Positions 47,287 through 55,700 of a stretch of 64,000 bases of DNA are shown one piece after another. The notes under the pieces are model-generated. The model was given only the letters and a program-made list of their open reading frames with translations, was not told the origin of the DNA and ran no database searches. Origin of the DNA: Thermoplasmata archaeon (GTDB lineage Archaea > Thermoplasmatota > E2 > DHVEG-1); assembly GCA_014894395.1 (NCBI GenBank), contig JADBLO010000065.1, positions 3,840-67,839 on the forward strand. The letters run 5' to 3'. The first letter of the stretch is position 1; every line of letters begins with the position of its first letter. The translations under genes were made by a program, and so were the position numbers.

Positions 47287-50200
47287 TTAGATGTTCCCTG
47301 GTTTTAAAATTATCGCATGACCTGATCGACCATTTAGTTTCACATGCAGCGGTGCTGAGAGATGCACGTGGTCCACATACTTCATTTTTTTTGTTACACG
47401 CTGTTTCTCCAGCCACTCACAATCAATAAAGCAAGACTCTGAGTGTAATGGAATATCAATGTACCCAATTCCGTGACTGATCATGTTCTGGAAGAAATGT
47501 GTCCCCTGTGATGGTTTGATATTGAAATTTTCAAGGGCGGTCTCTATGATGACTCGTACTCCAGAAATTTGTCCCCAGCGAACTGGAATCCCAAGCCATC
47601 GATCCTGGGTTCCCCACCTCCCAGGTCCCATGAGAAGGTACGGGGATGCAGCTGCCATTAGCGTTTTGTTAATGATGCCAATTTCTTCAGCAATTTCGAC
47701 GGTTTTTGAGGTATCAAAACGATCTGAGGGAACATACACAATATCTTGAATCGTATGAATCAATCCGTTGCCTAATGCTTGATCTGAGCGGATGAAGATT
47801 TGCTTCTTTGCGATTTTGTTATCCCATCCGATATCAAGCTGCTCCGTTGAGACGACAAACGGGCGAATCTGTAGGATAGCAAATGTCGGGGATGTGCGTT
47901 TTTCTGGATCAATATTCACCGCGAATTCAAACTCTACGGGGCACCCCATGCCTTTCTGACCAAGGAGCAAAAGATCTTTGAGCAGGGGTGCGAGAGGGAA
48001 TGCATCATATTTGAGTACTCCTGCAAACGTGATTAACGGTAGCCCTGTCTCGGAAAGACCATCCCGAACAACCCCATCGTTTCGATCATAACTACTCGCT
48101 ACGAAGTCAAGGGAGCCATCGTTCCTGATATCGGTTGTTTGCAGTTTAATTATAGGACTGTCATGTGGTTCAGAAAGATGGAAATCCTTGTTGTGAGTGT
48201 GTAAGACATATAGTTCTCGTTGTGTATGCTCAAGGACCAGTTCCGGTGATGAAAAATCAGGATTTATCTCAGGATACCGTGGACAAAACCGGAAGACCTT
48301 TTCTCCACCAACCACCGCTTTTCCAAGGCCGACCGCGATGTTTACGATTCCCTCCTCTGGAGTCTGATGAGCGATTGGATAGAAATTATAGGATTTCGCG
48401 ACACCAGAAAAAGTAGGGTAAAACCTACCACTAAATTCACTCCCTGCAAGCTCTTGAATGATGACAGCCATTTTTTCTTCTTCGATTTTCAGTGAGAGTG
48501 ATTCCGCGTATGCTTTTGGTTCTCTGTAAAACACAGATGCATATACAAGTTTAATCCCCTGACACAGTTGATTTAACCGATCGTCATCATCTTCATGATT
48601 ATTCGGCAACAAATATGTTGAGTACATGCCAGCAAACGGATGATTCTGATAATCCTCAAGAAGGCTTGATGATCGCACCGCGAGCGGGGTTCGGAAATGT
48701 TGTAAAATCACTTTTAATTTTTGTTTCAACTCACCACAAATATCACATTCAAGGAACGCATGGGCGATGTCGGAATCCGTAAGTTTTTCGTTTTTGAAAA
48801 AACGATGGAGATTATGATCTGAGACAAAGCGATCAAACTCAAGTGTGCCGATGACCACCGTATTTGGTACTTTAATCCTGATGTTTTTATATTTATCTTC
48901 GAGTTTATAATGTGTCAGAAGCGATCGCATGAACGCAAGCCCTCGACCTTTTCCACCCAGCGAATCACCCCGTAATCGTGTAAAGGAGGAGTCAAATTCA
49001 AATGTCTGCTCATCAAAATCGGTAATGATCCCACGTTGCTTACTTTTCCGCGCCTCATTAAAGACCGAAATAAGATATTCCCGTACTGCGTTTAGGTCAG
49101 AAAAATCAGACACTTTTTTCGGACGTAATTCCTTGGCAAGATCAAATTCACAGCGAGCCATCAGCCAGTTTGAGAAATGGTTTCGCTCTGAATGATGCAG
49201 GATCGACTCCAATGGTATTCGTTGGAGTGCTTCTTCAAACTCCCGCATGTTTGATGCCCGGGCGATCTCCGTGGTTTGCACATGCATCCCCTCCGGACCT
49301 GGGTACCCAGCCTTCTTTTTTTGTAATTTTGGATCCTTCGGCAACAAGAACTGGAAATCACCAAACCCAAGACTATTAACTAGGAAATGTTGGAAGTCTT
49401 GCACCAGTGTTGGAGATTTCTTATGTAAAAAATATGCATCTAATACCTCAGCTTTCTCCCGGTTTACAAGATCGGTAGACTGCATCATGATTGGCAGATG
49501 AACCGAATCCTTCCGAATCACCCGCACAAACTCAAAGCCTGCTGTTGGATTAGCAGTACCATCCTTTTTAAATGAGACATCTGAGAGTATCCCAAGAATA
49601 TAATCTTTGTATTTTCTATAATAATATATTGCTTCTTCGAATGTTTCTGCGAGCAGAATTTTCGGTCGTGCCCGTCGACGTAGCTGTCGTTGCATTTCAT
49701 TTAAATCCTCAGAAAGAGATCGCCGTGTCTGCTGTACCACTTCAGTATATAGGATTGGGAGAAACATTGAGTAATGATAGATAGAATCTTCTACCATGAT
49801 CACAACACGAACATTCCCATTGACTGTGTCGTATCGAACATTCATGCTATCCTCTACATACTTGATAATTGCGAGAAAGAGCGTTGGATCTCCAGTCCAA
49901 GCAAAGATTTTATCAACGCCTTCTTTGACATCTTCGCGATCCTGGAACTGGTTGATATCGGCACGATCAGTTGCAAGTAAGACAATCGGCAGATCAGGGT
50001 AAAGTTTCTTGATTTTTTTTCCGAACTCAAATGGGTCCATCCCGATATTTTTTGCCATGGTGATAATCAAGTCATACCGATGTTCCTTAATTTTCTGTAG
50101 CGCATTCTCTCCTGAAAACACACGCGTCACTCGAGGTGGTTGGCTGAGCAGGAGATGCTGATACTGACCGATGACGAGTTCTGCGATTAATCCTTCTTCC

Positions 50201-50355
50201 TCGATTGTAAATGCATCATATAAACTAGAGACAATAAGAATGTCTTTAACTCTGTAGGGCATGAGGGCATGGTAGATTTGAGTACCAAGATCATAGGTTC
50301 CTTCAAAATCATCTTGGATTCGTGAACTCCGAAAACCTGCCTCTTCTACTTTCAT
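47287..50355 (-). CDS. Receiver-like domains fused to PEP-synthase/PPDK N-terminal (ATP-grasp) domain
   Basis: Receiver-like segments (ILIV.S...YDLII; IMVEDS...ILSDV), GGKGRGL, AVRSSSLLED...FAG.Y, MAVIIQ, FSGVA, GLG..VV.G, EFEFA, LQIRP, C-terminal PSQGTHFFQN. Confidence 0.85.
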   Translation of the reverse strand: MKVEEAGFRSSRIQDDFEGTYDLGTQIYHALMPYRVKDILIVSSLYDAFTIEEEGLIAELVIGQYQHLLLSQPPRVTRVFSGENALQKIKEHRYDLIITMAKNIGMDPFEFGKKIKKLYPDLPIVLLATDRADINQFQDREDVKEGVDKIFAWTGDPTLFLAIIKYVEDSMNVRYDTVNGNVRVVIMVEDSIYHYSMFLPILYTEVVQQTRRSLSEDLNEMQRQLRRRARPKILLAETFEEAIYYYRKYKDYILGILSDVSFKKDGTANPTAGFEFVRVIRKDSVHLPIMMQSTDLVNREKAEVLDAYFLHKKSPTLVQDFQHFLVNSLGFGDFQFLLPKDPKLQKKKAGYPGPEGMHVQTTEIARASNMREFEEALQRIPLESILHHSERNHFSNWLMARCEFDLAKELRPKKVSDFSDLNAVREYLISVFNEARKSKQRGIITDFDEQTFEFDSSFTRLRGDSLGGKGRGLAFMRSLLTHYKLEDKYKNIRIKVPNTVVIGTLEFDRFVSDHNLHRFFKNEKLTDSDIAHAFLECDICGELKQKLKVILQHFRTPLAVRSSSLLEDYQNHPFAGMYSTYLLPNNHEDDDDRLNQLCQGIKLVYASVFYREPKAYAESLSLKIEEEKMAVIIQELAGSEFSGRFYPTFSGVAKSYNFYPIAHQTPEEGIVNIAVGLGKAVVGGEKVFRFCPRYPEINPDFSSPELVLEHTQRELYVLHTHNKDFHLSEPHDSPIIKLQTTDIRNDGSLDFVASSYDRNDGVVRDGLSETGLPLITFAGVLKYDAFPLAPLLKDLLLLGQKGMGCPVEFEFAVNIDPEKRTSPTFAILQIRPFVVSTEQLDIGWDNKIAKKQIFIRSDQALGNGLIHTIQDIVYVPSDRFDTSKTVEIAEEIGIINKTLMAAASPYLLMGPGRWGTQDRWLGIPVRWGQISGVRVIIETALENFNIKPSQGTHFFQNMISHGIGYIDIPLHSESCFIDCEWLEKQRVTKKMKYVDHVHLSAPLHVKLNGRSGHAIILKPGNI

Positions 50356-50588
50356 GCCATCACATCATCAAGATATAATCCCTACAATCAAACAGCTGAC
50401 ACTATTAGAATTTTTTTGTGGAAATTTGTAAGGACGTATCATTAAATAAAATTTTTTCATGACACACAAAAACGAATCTGTTTGCCTGTGAGATGTTTTT
50501 AAATAATCCATACGAAATACCTAATATGGGACGATGAGATGCAAAAGACTCAGCGCGAAGTTGATGGATTTGAAGTAGAGGACTCTCA

Positions 50589-51029
50589 ATGAGTGATGAG
50601 CGTGATGAGCAGAATAAAAAGGAAGATACAAAAGAGAGTTCTCCTGAACAATCATCCGCTACTGACGGTTCCTCTTCCGACCGTCTCGGAACAACACAGA
50701 AAGCGGTCTGTCAACAAATCATAAAATCGGTATGGACCCATGAACCCTGGTTATTTTTCAAGGTCGTCGTAAAAAGCAACGAAGAGATGGGTGATTACAT
50801 CGCCCTCCATGGTTTGGTTCCTCAAAATGAGTTTCCGCTTCATTTACGATATAAAATACCAGAGAACGAGATATGGATTAGAGAAAACGTCTATACCGAT
50901 CCTGAACGAAGAAAAAGTATTCTTGCTCATGAGTACGCTGAACTTGATTTGATGATTTCCCATGCGATAAGTTACAAAGAAGCCCATGAACATGCAGAAT
51001 TCTTTGAACATCTCTTTTATCACGATTAA
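50589..51029 (+). CDS. Hypothetical protein with putative metal-binding HE..E...H motif
   Basis: IPENEIWI...ILAHEYAE..LM....Y..AH..A. Confidence 0.65.
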   Translation: MSDERDEQNKKEDTKESSPEQSSATDGSSSDRLGTTQKAVCQQIIKSVWTHEPWLFFKVVVKSNEEMGDYIALHGLVPQNEFPLHLRYKIPENEIWIRENVYTDPERRKSILAHEYAELDLMISHAISYKEAHEHAEFFEHLFYHD

Positions 51030-51119
51030 AACAAGCAAGATCAAAGCATTCTTGAAGAATTAAAGTACATATCGAAATCCACATAAAAAATTAAGCGCAC
51101 ATCGAATGGATAGGATGGA

Positions 51120-51569
51120 TTAAATTAAGAAATAATGCGGACATAATTCCATGGTTTCTATCCACATTCCAACTTCTACTTTTTCAACATATGGCATTTC
51201 TAAAATTGTATCTCTAAGTCTGCAGAGATGAGGAAAATCTTTCACGACACTAATGGCTATTACATCATGACTACCGACTAATTTTGAAGCAACTATAACA
51301 CTTGGTAATTGGATAATTTTTTCAAGAACTTGAGGAGAATACGCAGGTTTTACATTGATCCCAAACCGTGCAATAAAGGAATAACCAATCCTCGATGGAT
51401 CAATAACGACGGTGGAATTAATGATCACTCCTTCTTTTTTTAATCGCTCAAAACGATTACTGATAGTATCAGGAGATATTTTCAATAATCTCGCAATCTC
51501 ACGAAAAGAAGTTCGCGCATCTTTTTTGAGCGCTTCTATAATGGCAATATCAATTTTATCTACATCCAT
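51120..51569 (-). CDS. Lrp/AsnC transcriptional regulator
   Basis: DKIDIAII..LKKDAR.SF.EIA..L.IS..T...R..RL...GVI plus RAM domain. Confidence 0.92.
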   Translation of the reverse strand: MDVDKIDIAIIEALKKDARTSFREIARLLKISPDTISNRFERLKKEGVIINSTVVIDPSRIGYSFIARFGINVKPAYSPQVLEKIIQLPSVIVASKLVGSHDVIAISVVKDFPHLCRLRDTILEMPYVEKVEVGMWIETMELCPHYFLI

Positions 51570-51578
51570 AGTTGGCTC

Positions 51579-52040
51579 CTAATCAAGTTCAAAATTCTTG
51601 GGGCACAAAAGAGGTTTATCGACTAAAATATCAACGTCGACATTTTTTACCTGTTGGAAATCGCCTATTGTACTCTTCGTCATCCCTATTTTTTCGATGT
51701 CGTCTAGTATCGCAATCGCTTCGATATCATAGCGTCCAATTGCTCGTGTCACTACGCACATCCCAGATATTCGTTTTACCATGTTGAGAACCTGACCGGA
51801 ATAAGGATGTGTTACTTGTATCCCAATGAAAACCAAGTGTTTTTTTTCGAGTTGTTTCGGATCAATTACAATGGTTGTACCACGGATGATTCCTTTTTTC
51901 TTCATTGCATTAAAACGATTTTTAATGGTATCTGTAGAAACTCCGCATTGTTTAGCAATCTCTTTAAAGGATTTTCTAGCATCTCCTTGAAGTAGTCTCA
52001 ATATTTGAATATCAATTGTATCAATTTTATTTTCCGACAT
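51579..52040 (-). CDS. Lrp/AsnC transcriptional regulator
   Basis: DTIDIQIL.LLQ.DAR.SF.EIA...GVS..T...R, G.YD. Confidence 0.92.
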   Translation of the reverse strand: MSENKIDTIDIQILRLLQGDARKSFKEIAKQCGVSTDTIKNRFNAMKKKGIIRGTTIVIDPKQLEKKHLVFIGIQVTHPYSGQVLNMVKRISGMCVVTRAIGRYDIEAIAILDDIEKIGMTKSTIGDFQQVKNVDVDILVDKPLLCPKNFELD

Positions 52041-52157
52041 ATGATGATCAATATACGATGGTATTTCAAACATTGTATGAATTTTTTCTATAATATTCTT
52101 TTGTTTGTCAGTTGTACTTCTAAATTTTCAGTATTTTTACTTCATAAATACCTATTT

Positions 52158-52186
52158 TGTCCAATTTATAATATAAATTACGGACA
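52158..52186. promoter_or_regulatory. Inverted repeat between divergent Lrp genes
   Basis: TGTCC-AATTTATA-A-TATAAATT-AC-GGACA. Confidence 0.45.
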
Positions 52187-52252
52187 TTATAGTAAAATTT
52201 ATAAAGAAAATAACACTCATGTCGACCATATTTTGAAAAGAGGTCGATAAAA

Positions 52253-52531
52253 ATGGCAATGGCATACGTACTCATCAAAACATCCCCCGGACATGCTCGT
52301 GATGTGTATTATAGATCAAATTATCTTGACGAGATTTGTGAAGCTCATCCACTTGTTGGTGAATATGATTTGATTTTTAAGGTCAAAGCTGATAATTCTG
52401 AAACCATCGGTTACATTATCGAGGATAAGATCAAAAAATTGGACGATATCATCTCAACAGAAACTCTCCCAGTTACCGATTTTATCAATAACGGAAAAAA
52501 GCTTAGAAAAACAATCATCAAACGAATTTAA
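52253..52531 (+). CDS. Stand-alone Lrp/AsnC ligand-binding (RAM) domain protein
   Basis: MAYVLI...PG....V...EAH...GEYDLI.KV...STETL; no HTH. Confidence 0.88.
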   Translation: MAMAYVLIKTSPGHARDVYYRSNYLDEICEAHPLVGEYDLIFKVKADNSETIGYIIEDKIKKLDDIISTETLPVTDFINNGKKLRKTIIKRI

Positions 52532-52554
52532 CTATGATACATCAGGTTGAATAA

Positions 52555-53043
52555 ATGACTATCAAAATATTTGTCACCGGTGGAACATTTGACAAAGAAT
52601 ACGATGAAATAGAAGGAAAACTCTTTTTCCGTGATACACACCTTCCTGAGATGCTGAAACTCGGCCACTGTCGACTTGACATAGATCTACGAACGTTGAT
52701 GATGATTGATAGCATGAGTATGAACGATCAAGATAGAATCATTATTGTCGAGAATTGTAAAAATGCAGAGGAGGACAAAATAGTCATCACTCATGGGACA
52801 GACACCATGGCTGAAACTGCAAAACAATTAGGCGAAGCAATCAAAGATAAAACCATTGTTCTCACCGGGGCAATGGTTCCCTATCGATTCGGCAGTTCTG
52901 ACGGATTATTCAATCTCGGAAGCGCGCTTGCCTTTGTTCAAACTCTACCACCCGGAGTATACGTTTCTATGAATGGACGATATTTTACCTGGGATAATGT
53001 TATAAAAAATAAACGTCTAGGTGAATTTGAAGAAATACAATGA
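52555..53043 (+). CDS. Asparaginase/glutaminase N-terminal domain-only protein
   Basis: TGGTF, DS, HGTDTM, LTGAM.P, SD..FNL; only 162 aa. Confidence 0.88.
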   Translation: MTIKIFVTGGTFDKEYDEIEGKLFFRDTHLPEMLKLGHCRLDIDLRTLMMIDSMSMNDQDRIIIVENCKNAEEDKIVITHGTDTMAETAKQLGEAIKDKTIVLTGAMVPYRFGSSDGLFNLGSALAFVQTLPPGVYVSMNGRYFTWDNVIKNKRLGEFEEIQ

Positions 53044-53051
53044 ACTTGCTT

Positions 53052-53576
53052 CTATTTTTTTCTTCGTTGTTTCTTAGTACAAGATTTTTTTTGTTGGATC
53101 AGCCACATCCCCTCAGGTATAAAACCACATGTTTTATAGAAATGAAACGCAGGATTTTTAAACGCGACACCTACTCCAATAAATTCGATACCTTGACTAT
53201 ATAATTCTTTCAGCAAGATCTCGAGAAGTTTACTTCCAGCACCGCTATTTCGATACTCTGGATGGATACAAATCTCATCAACAAATCCTATTCGTTCTAT
53301 TGCATAAATAACTGCTTCGTCGCGTTCCCCCACATGTCCTGTAGCCATACCGATGATCTTCTTTTTATCTTCAGCAACAAAGAAAAATTGATTTGGATCT
53401 TTAAGCAATTCTCGTTGGCGGCTGATGATATATTTTTTACATTTGTTTTTTGGTTTCAGGGTATCAAGTGCTCCACTATAATGGGTATGTTCAAGTGATG
53501 AAATCCAGTATAAATCAAAAAATGCATCAAGGTCTTCCTCGAATCCTTTGCGCAGTACCACCGATTTTTTTTTCAT
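53052..53576 (-). CDS. GNAT acetyltransferase
   Basis: I.PEYRNSGAGSKLL, N.A..FY...GF. Confidence 0.85.
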   Translation of the reverse strand: MKKKSVVLRKGFEEDLDAFFDLYWISSLEHTHYSGALDTLKPKNKCKKYIISRQRELLKDPNQFFFVAEDKKKIIGMATGHVGERDEAVIYAIERIGFVDEICIHPEYRNSGAGSKLLEILLKELYSQGIEFIGVGVAFKNPAFHFYKTCGFIPEGMWLIQQKKSCTKKQRRKK

Positions 53577-53660
53577 AGAAAGTCATCCCGACATTATATT
53601 GTTAATATTTGAAGGAATCTGAGGAATAGAAATGACAAAAAAAGGAAAAAAATCGTGTAA

Positions 53661-54998
53661 TTACACGATTCCCTGGTCAAGCATCGCATCAGCGACTTTG
53701 ACAAACCCAGCGATATTCGCTCCTTTAATATAATCGACTTTATCTTTGGAAACTCTTCCGTATTTCACACATGCCTCATGGATGTTTTTCATTATCTGAT
53801 GCAGGTGTTTGTCCACTTCTTCAGCAGTCCAGTTCATACGCATGCTGTTCTGTGACATCTCAAGACCAGAGACTGCAACACCACCAGCGTTGACTGCTTT
53901 CCCCGGAGCATACATCATTTTCTCAGTTGCGAATTTCGCAGCATCATACGTACAGCCCATGTTGGAAACCTCAACAACCAAGATACAACCATTCTTCGCT
54001 AATATTTTCGCATCATTAAGATCTAATTCGTTCTGTGTTGCACAGGGCATTGCAATATCGCATTTCACTTCCCATGGCTTTTTCCCTGCGTAGAATGGGG
54101 CATTGAATTTCTTCGCAAAATCCTCAACACGATCATTATTTGAGGCACGCATTTCAAGCATATATTCGATTTTCTCTCCTTTGATACCATCTATATCATA
54201 GATATATCCATCTGGGCCAGAGAGTGTCACGACTTTACCACCGAGCTCGTTAATCTTTAATGCGCATCCCCAGGCGACATTACCAAAACCAGATACGGTA
54301 ACTATTTTTCCTTTAAAACTGTCGCTTTTCAATTTCAGCATTTCCGATGCAAAATATACAGCACCATAACCGGTTGCCTCTGGTCGAATCAAACTCCCTC
54401 CCCAGTTTACACCCTTTCCAGTCAGAACACCGGTAAACTCGTTGCGTAATTTCTTGTACATTCCAAACAGATATCCAATTTCTCTGCCACCAACACCGAT
54501 ATCACCAGCAGGCACATCAGTGTTTGGCCCTACATGTCGAAACAACTCCATCATAAAGGACTGGCAGAATCGCATGATCTCCATTTCTGATTTTCCTCGA
54601 GCATTGAAATCAGAACCACCTTTCCCACCACCCATGGGCAGTGAAGTAAGACTGTTTTTGAAGATCTGCTCAAAACCAAGGAACTTTAAAATACTTAAAT
54701 TGACACTAGGATGGAATCGCAGACCACCTTTATAGGGTCCAATTGCGCTGTTAAATTCAATACGATACCCGCGGTTTACCTGAACGTCTCCTTTGTCATC
54801 GACCCAAGGAACACGGAATATAATCGCACGTTCAGGTTCAACCATTCGCTCCAGGATCTTTGCTTTTTTATATTTCGGATTTTTTTCGATAAATGGCATG
54901 ACGCTTTCTGTGAACTCTTGAACCGCTTGATGAAATTCTTTTTCACCAGGATTTTTTTCCATGACTTTTTCCATGAACACTTTCACATTTTCATCCAT
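53661..54998 (-). CDS. gdhA: Glutamate dehydrogenase (E. coli GdhA-like subfamily)
   Basis: GPYKGGLRFHPSV, LPMGGGKGG, DVPAGDIG, RPEATGYG, SGFGNV, NAGGVAVS. GGAGG upstream of ATG 54998. Confidence 0.96.
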   Translation of the reverse strand: MDENVKVFMEKVMEKNPGEKEFHQAVQEFTESVMPFIEKNPKYKKAKILERMVEPERAIIFRVPWVDDKGDVQVNRGYRIEFNSAIGPYKGGLRFHPSVNLSILKFLGFEQIFKNSLTSLPMGGGKGGSDFNARGKSEMEIMRFCQSFMMELFRHVGPNTDVPAGDIGVGGREIGYLFGMYKKLRNEFTGVLTGKGVNWGGSLIRPEATGYGAVYFASEMLKLKSDSFKGKIVTVSGFGNVAWGCALKINELGGKVVTLSGPDGYIYDIDGIKGEKIEYMLEMRASNNDRVEDFAKKFNAPFYAGKKPWEVKCDIAMPCATQNELDLNDAKILAKNGCILVVEVSNMGCTYDAAKFATEKMMYAPGKAVNAGGVAVSGLEMSQNSMRMNWTAEEVDKHLHQIMKNIHEACVKYGRVSKDKVDYIKGANIAGFVKVADAMLDQGIV

Positions 54999-55082
54999 AA
55001 AGACAGCCTCCAAATATTCGTGGTCCGTATCGTCCTCCATTATTAAAATCTATGTATTAAAAAGGAAAAAAAGAAGAAGAGG

Positions 55083-55098
55083 ACGGATGAATATCCGT
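55083..55098. promoter_or_regulatory. Inverted repeat in gdhA/nuoE-like divergent intergenic region
   Basis: ACGGAT-GAAT-ATCCGT. Confidence 0.4.
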
Positions 55099-55188
55099 TG
55101 GTAATTATTATTCTTATGTATTACATTTTATCGTAAGGTATTAAAAGAGATTAAAGATTCAAAAATCAACTAACGGGGGACAAGGTTC

Positions 55189-55653
55189 ATGAGAACCGCA
55201 GATATCGATAGAATTCTCAAAAAACATGATTACAAAAAATCTGCACTAATACCCATTCTCCAGGATATCCAAGCAGGACATCGTTGGCTCCCTATGGAAA
55301 CCCTGAAATATGTTTCTGAAAAACTTGACATTCCACTCATCGATGTCTACAGCCTAGCAACCTTCTATAAATCGTTTAGTCTAAAACCACGGGGAAAACA
55401 TGTGGTAACAGCGTGTTGCGGAACCGCCTGTCATGTCCGAGGTGGTCCAAAAGTTTTACAAGAATTACAAAATGAATTGCATATCGGTGTTGATGAGACT
55501 ACGCCGGATAAAACCTTTACGTTAGAAACGGTCCGATGCCTTGGCGCTTGCGCGCTTGGACCACTTGTTGTCATTGATGGAAAATATCATGGGCAGATGA
55601 ACACAAAAAAAGTCGCTTCAACATTAAAAAAATACGCCAAGAAAAAGAAATAA
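55189..55653 (+). CDS. NuoE/HydC-like [2Fe-2S] subunit
   Basis: LIPILQDIQ, ATFY, C.GTACHVRG, CLGAC..GP. Confidence 0.92.
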   Translation: MRTADIDRILKKHDYKKSALIPILQDIQAGHRWLPMETLKYVSEKLDIPLIDVYSLATFYKSFSLKPRGKHVVTACCGTACHVRGGPKVLQELQNELHIGVDETTPDKTFTLETVRCLGACALGPLVVIDGKYHGQMNTKKVASTLKKYAKKKK

Positions 55654-55700
55654 AAAATCTTCGACAAGCCTTGAAAAATTAACTGGATACGTGATAAAAA

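Noticed and set aside
47287-47289. Selenocysteine or pyrrolysine recoding at the in-frame stop
   Set aside because: The codon is TAA, not TGA or TAG.
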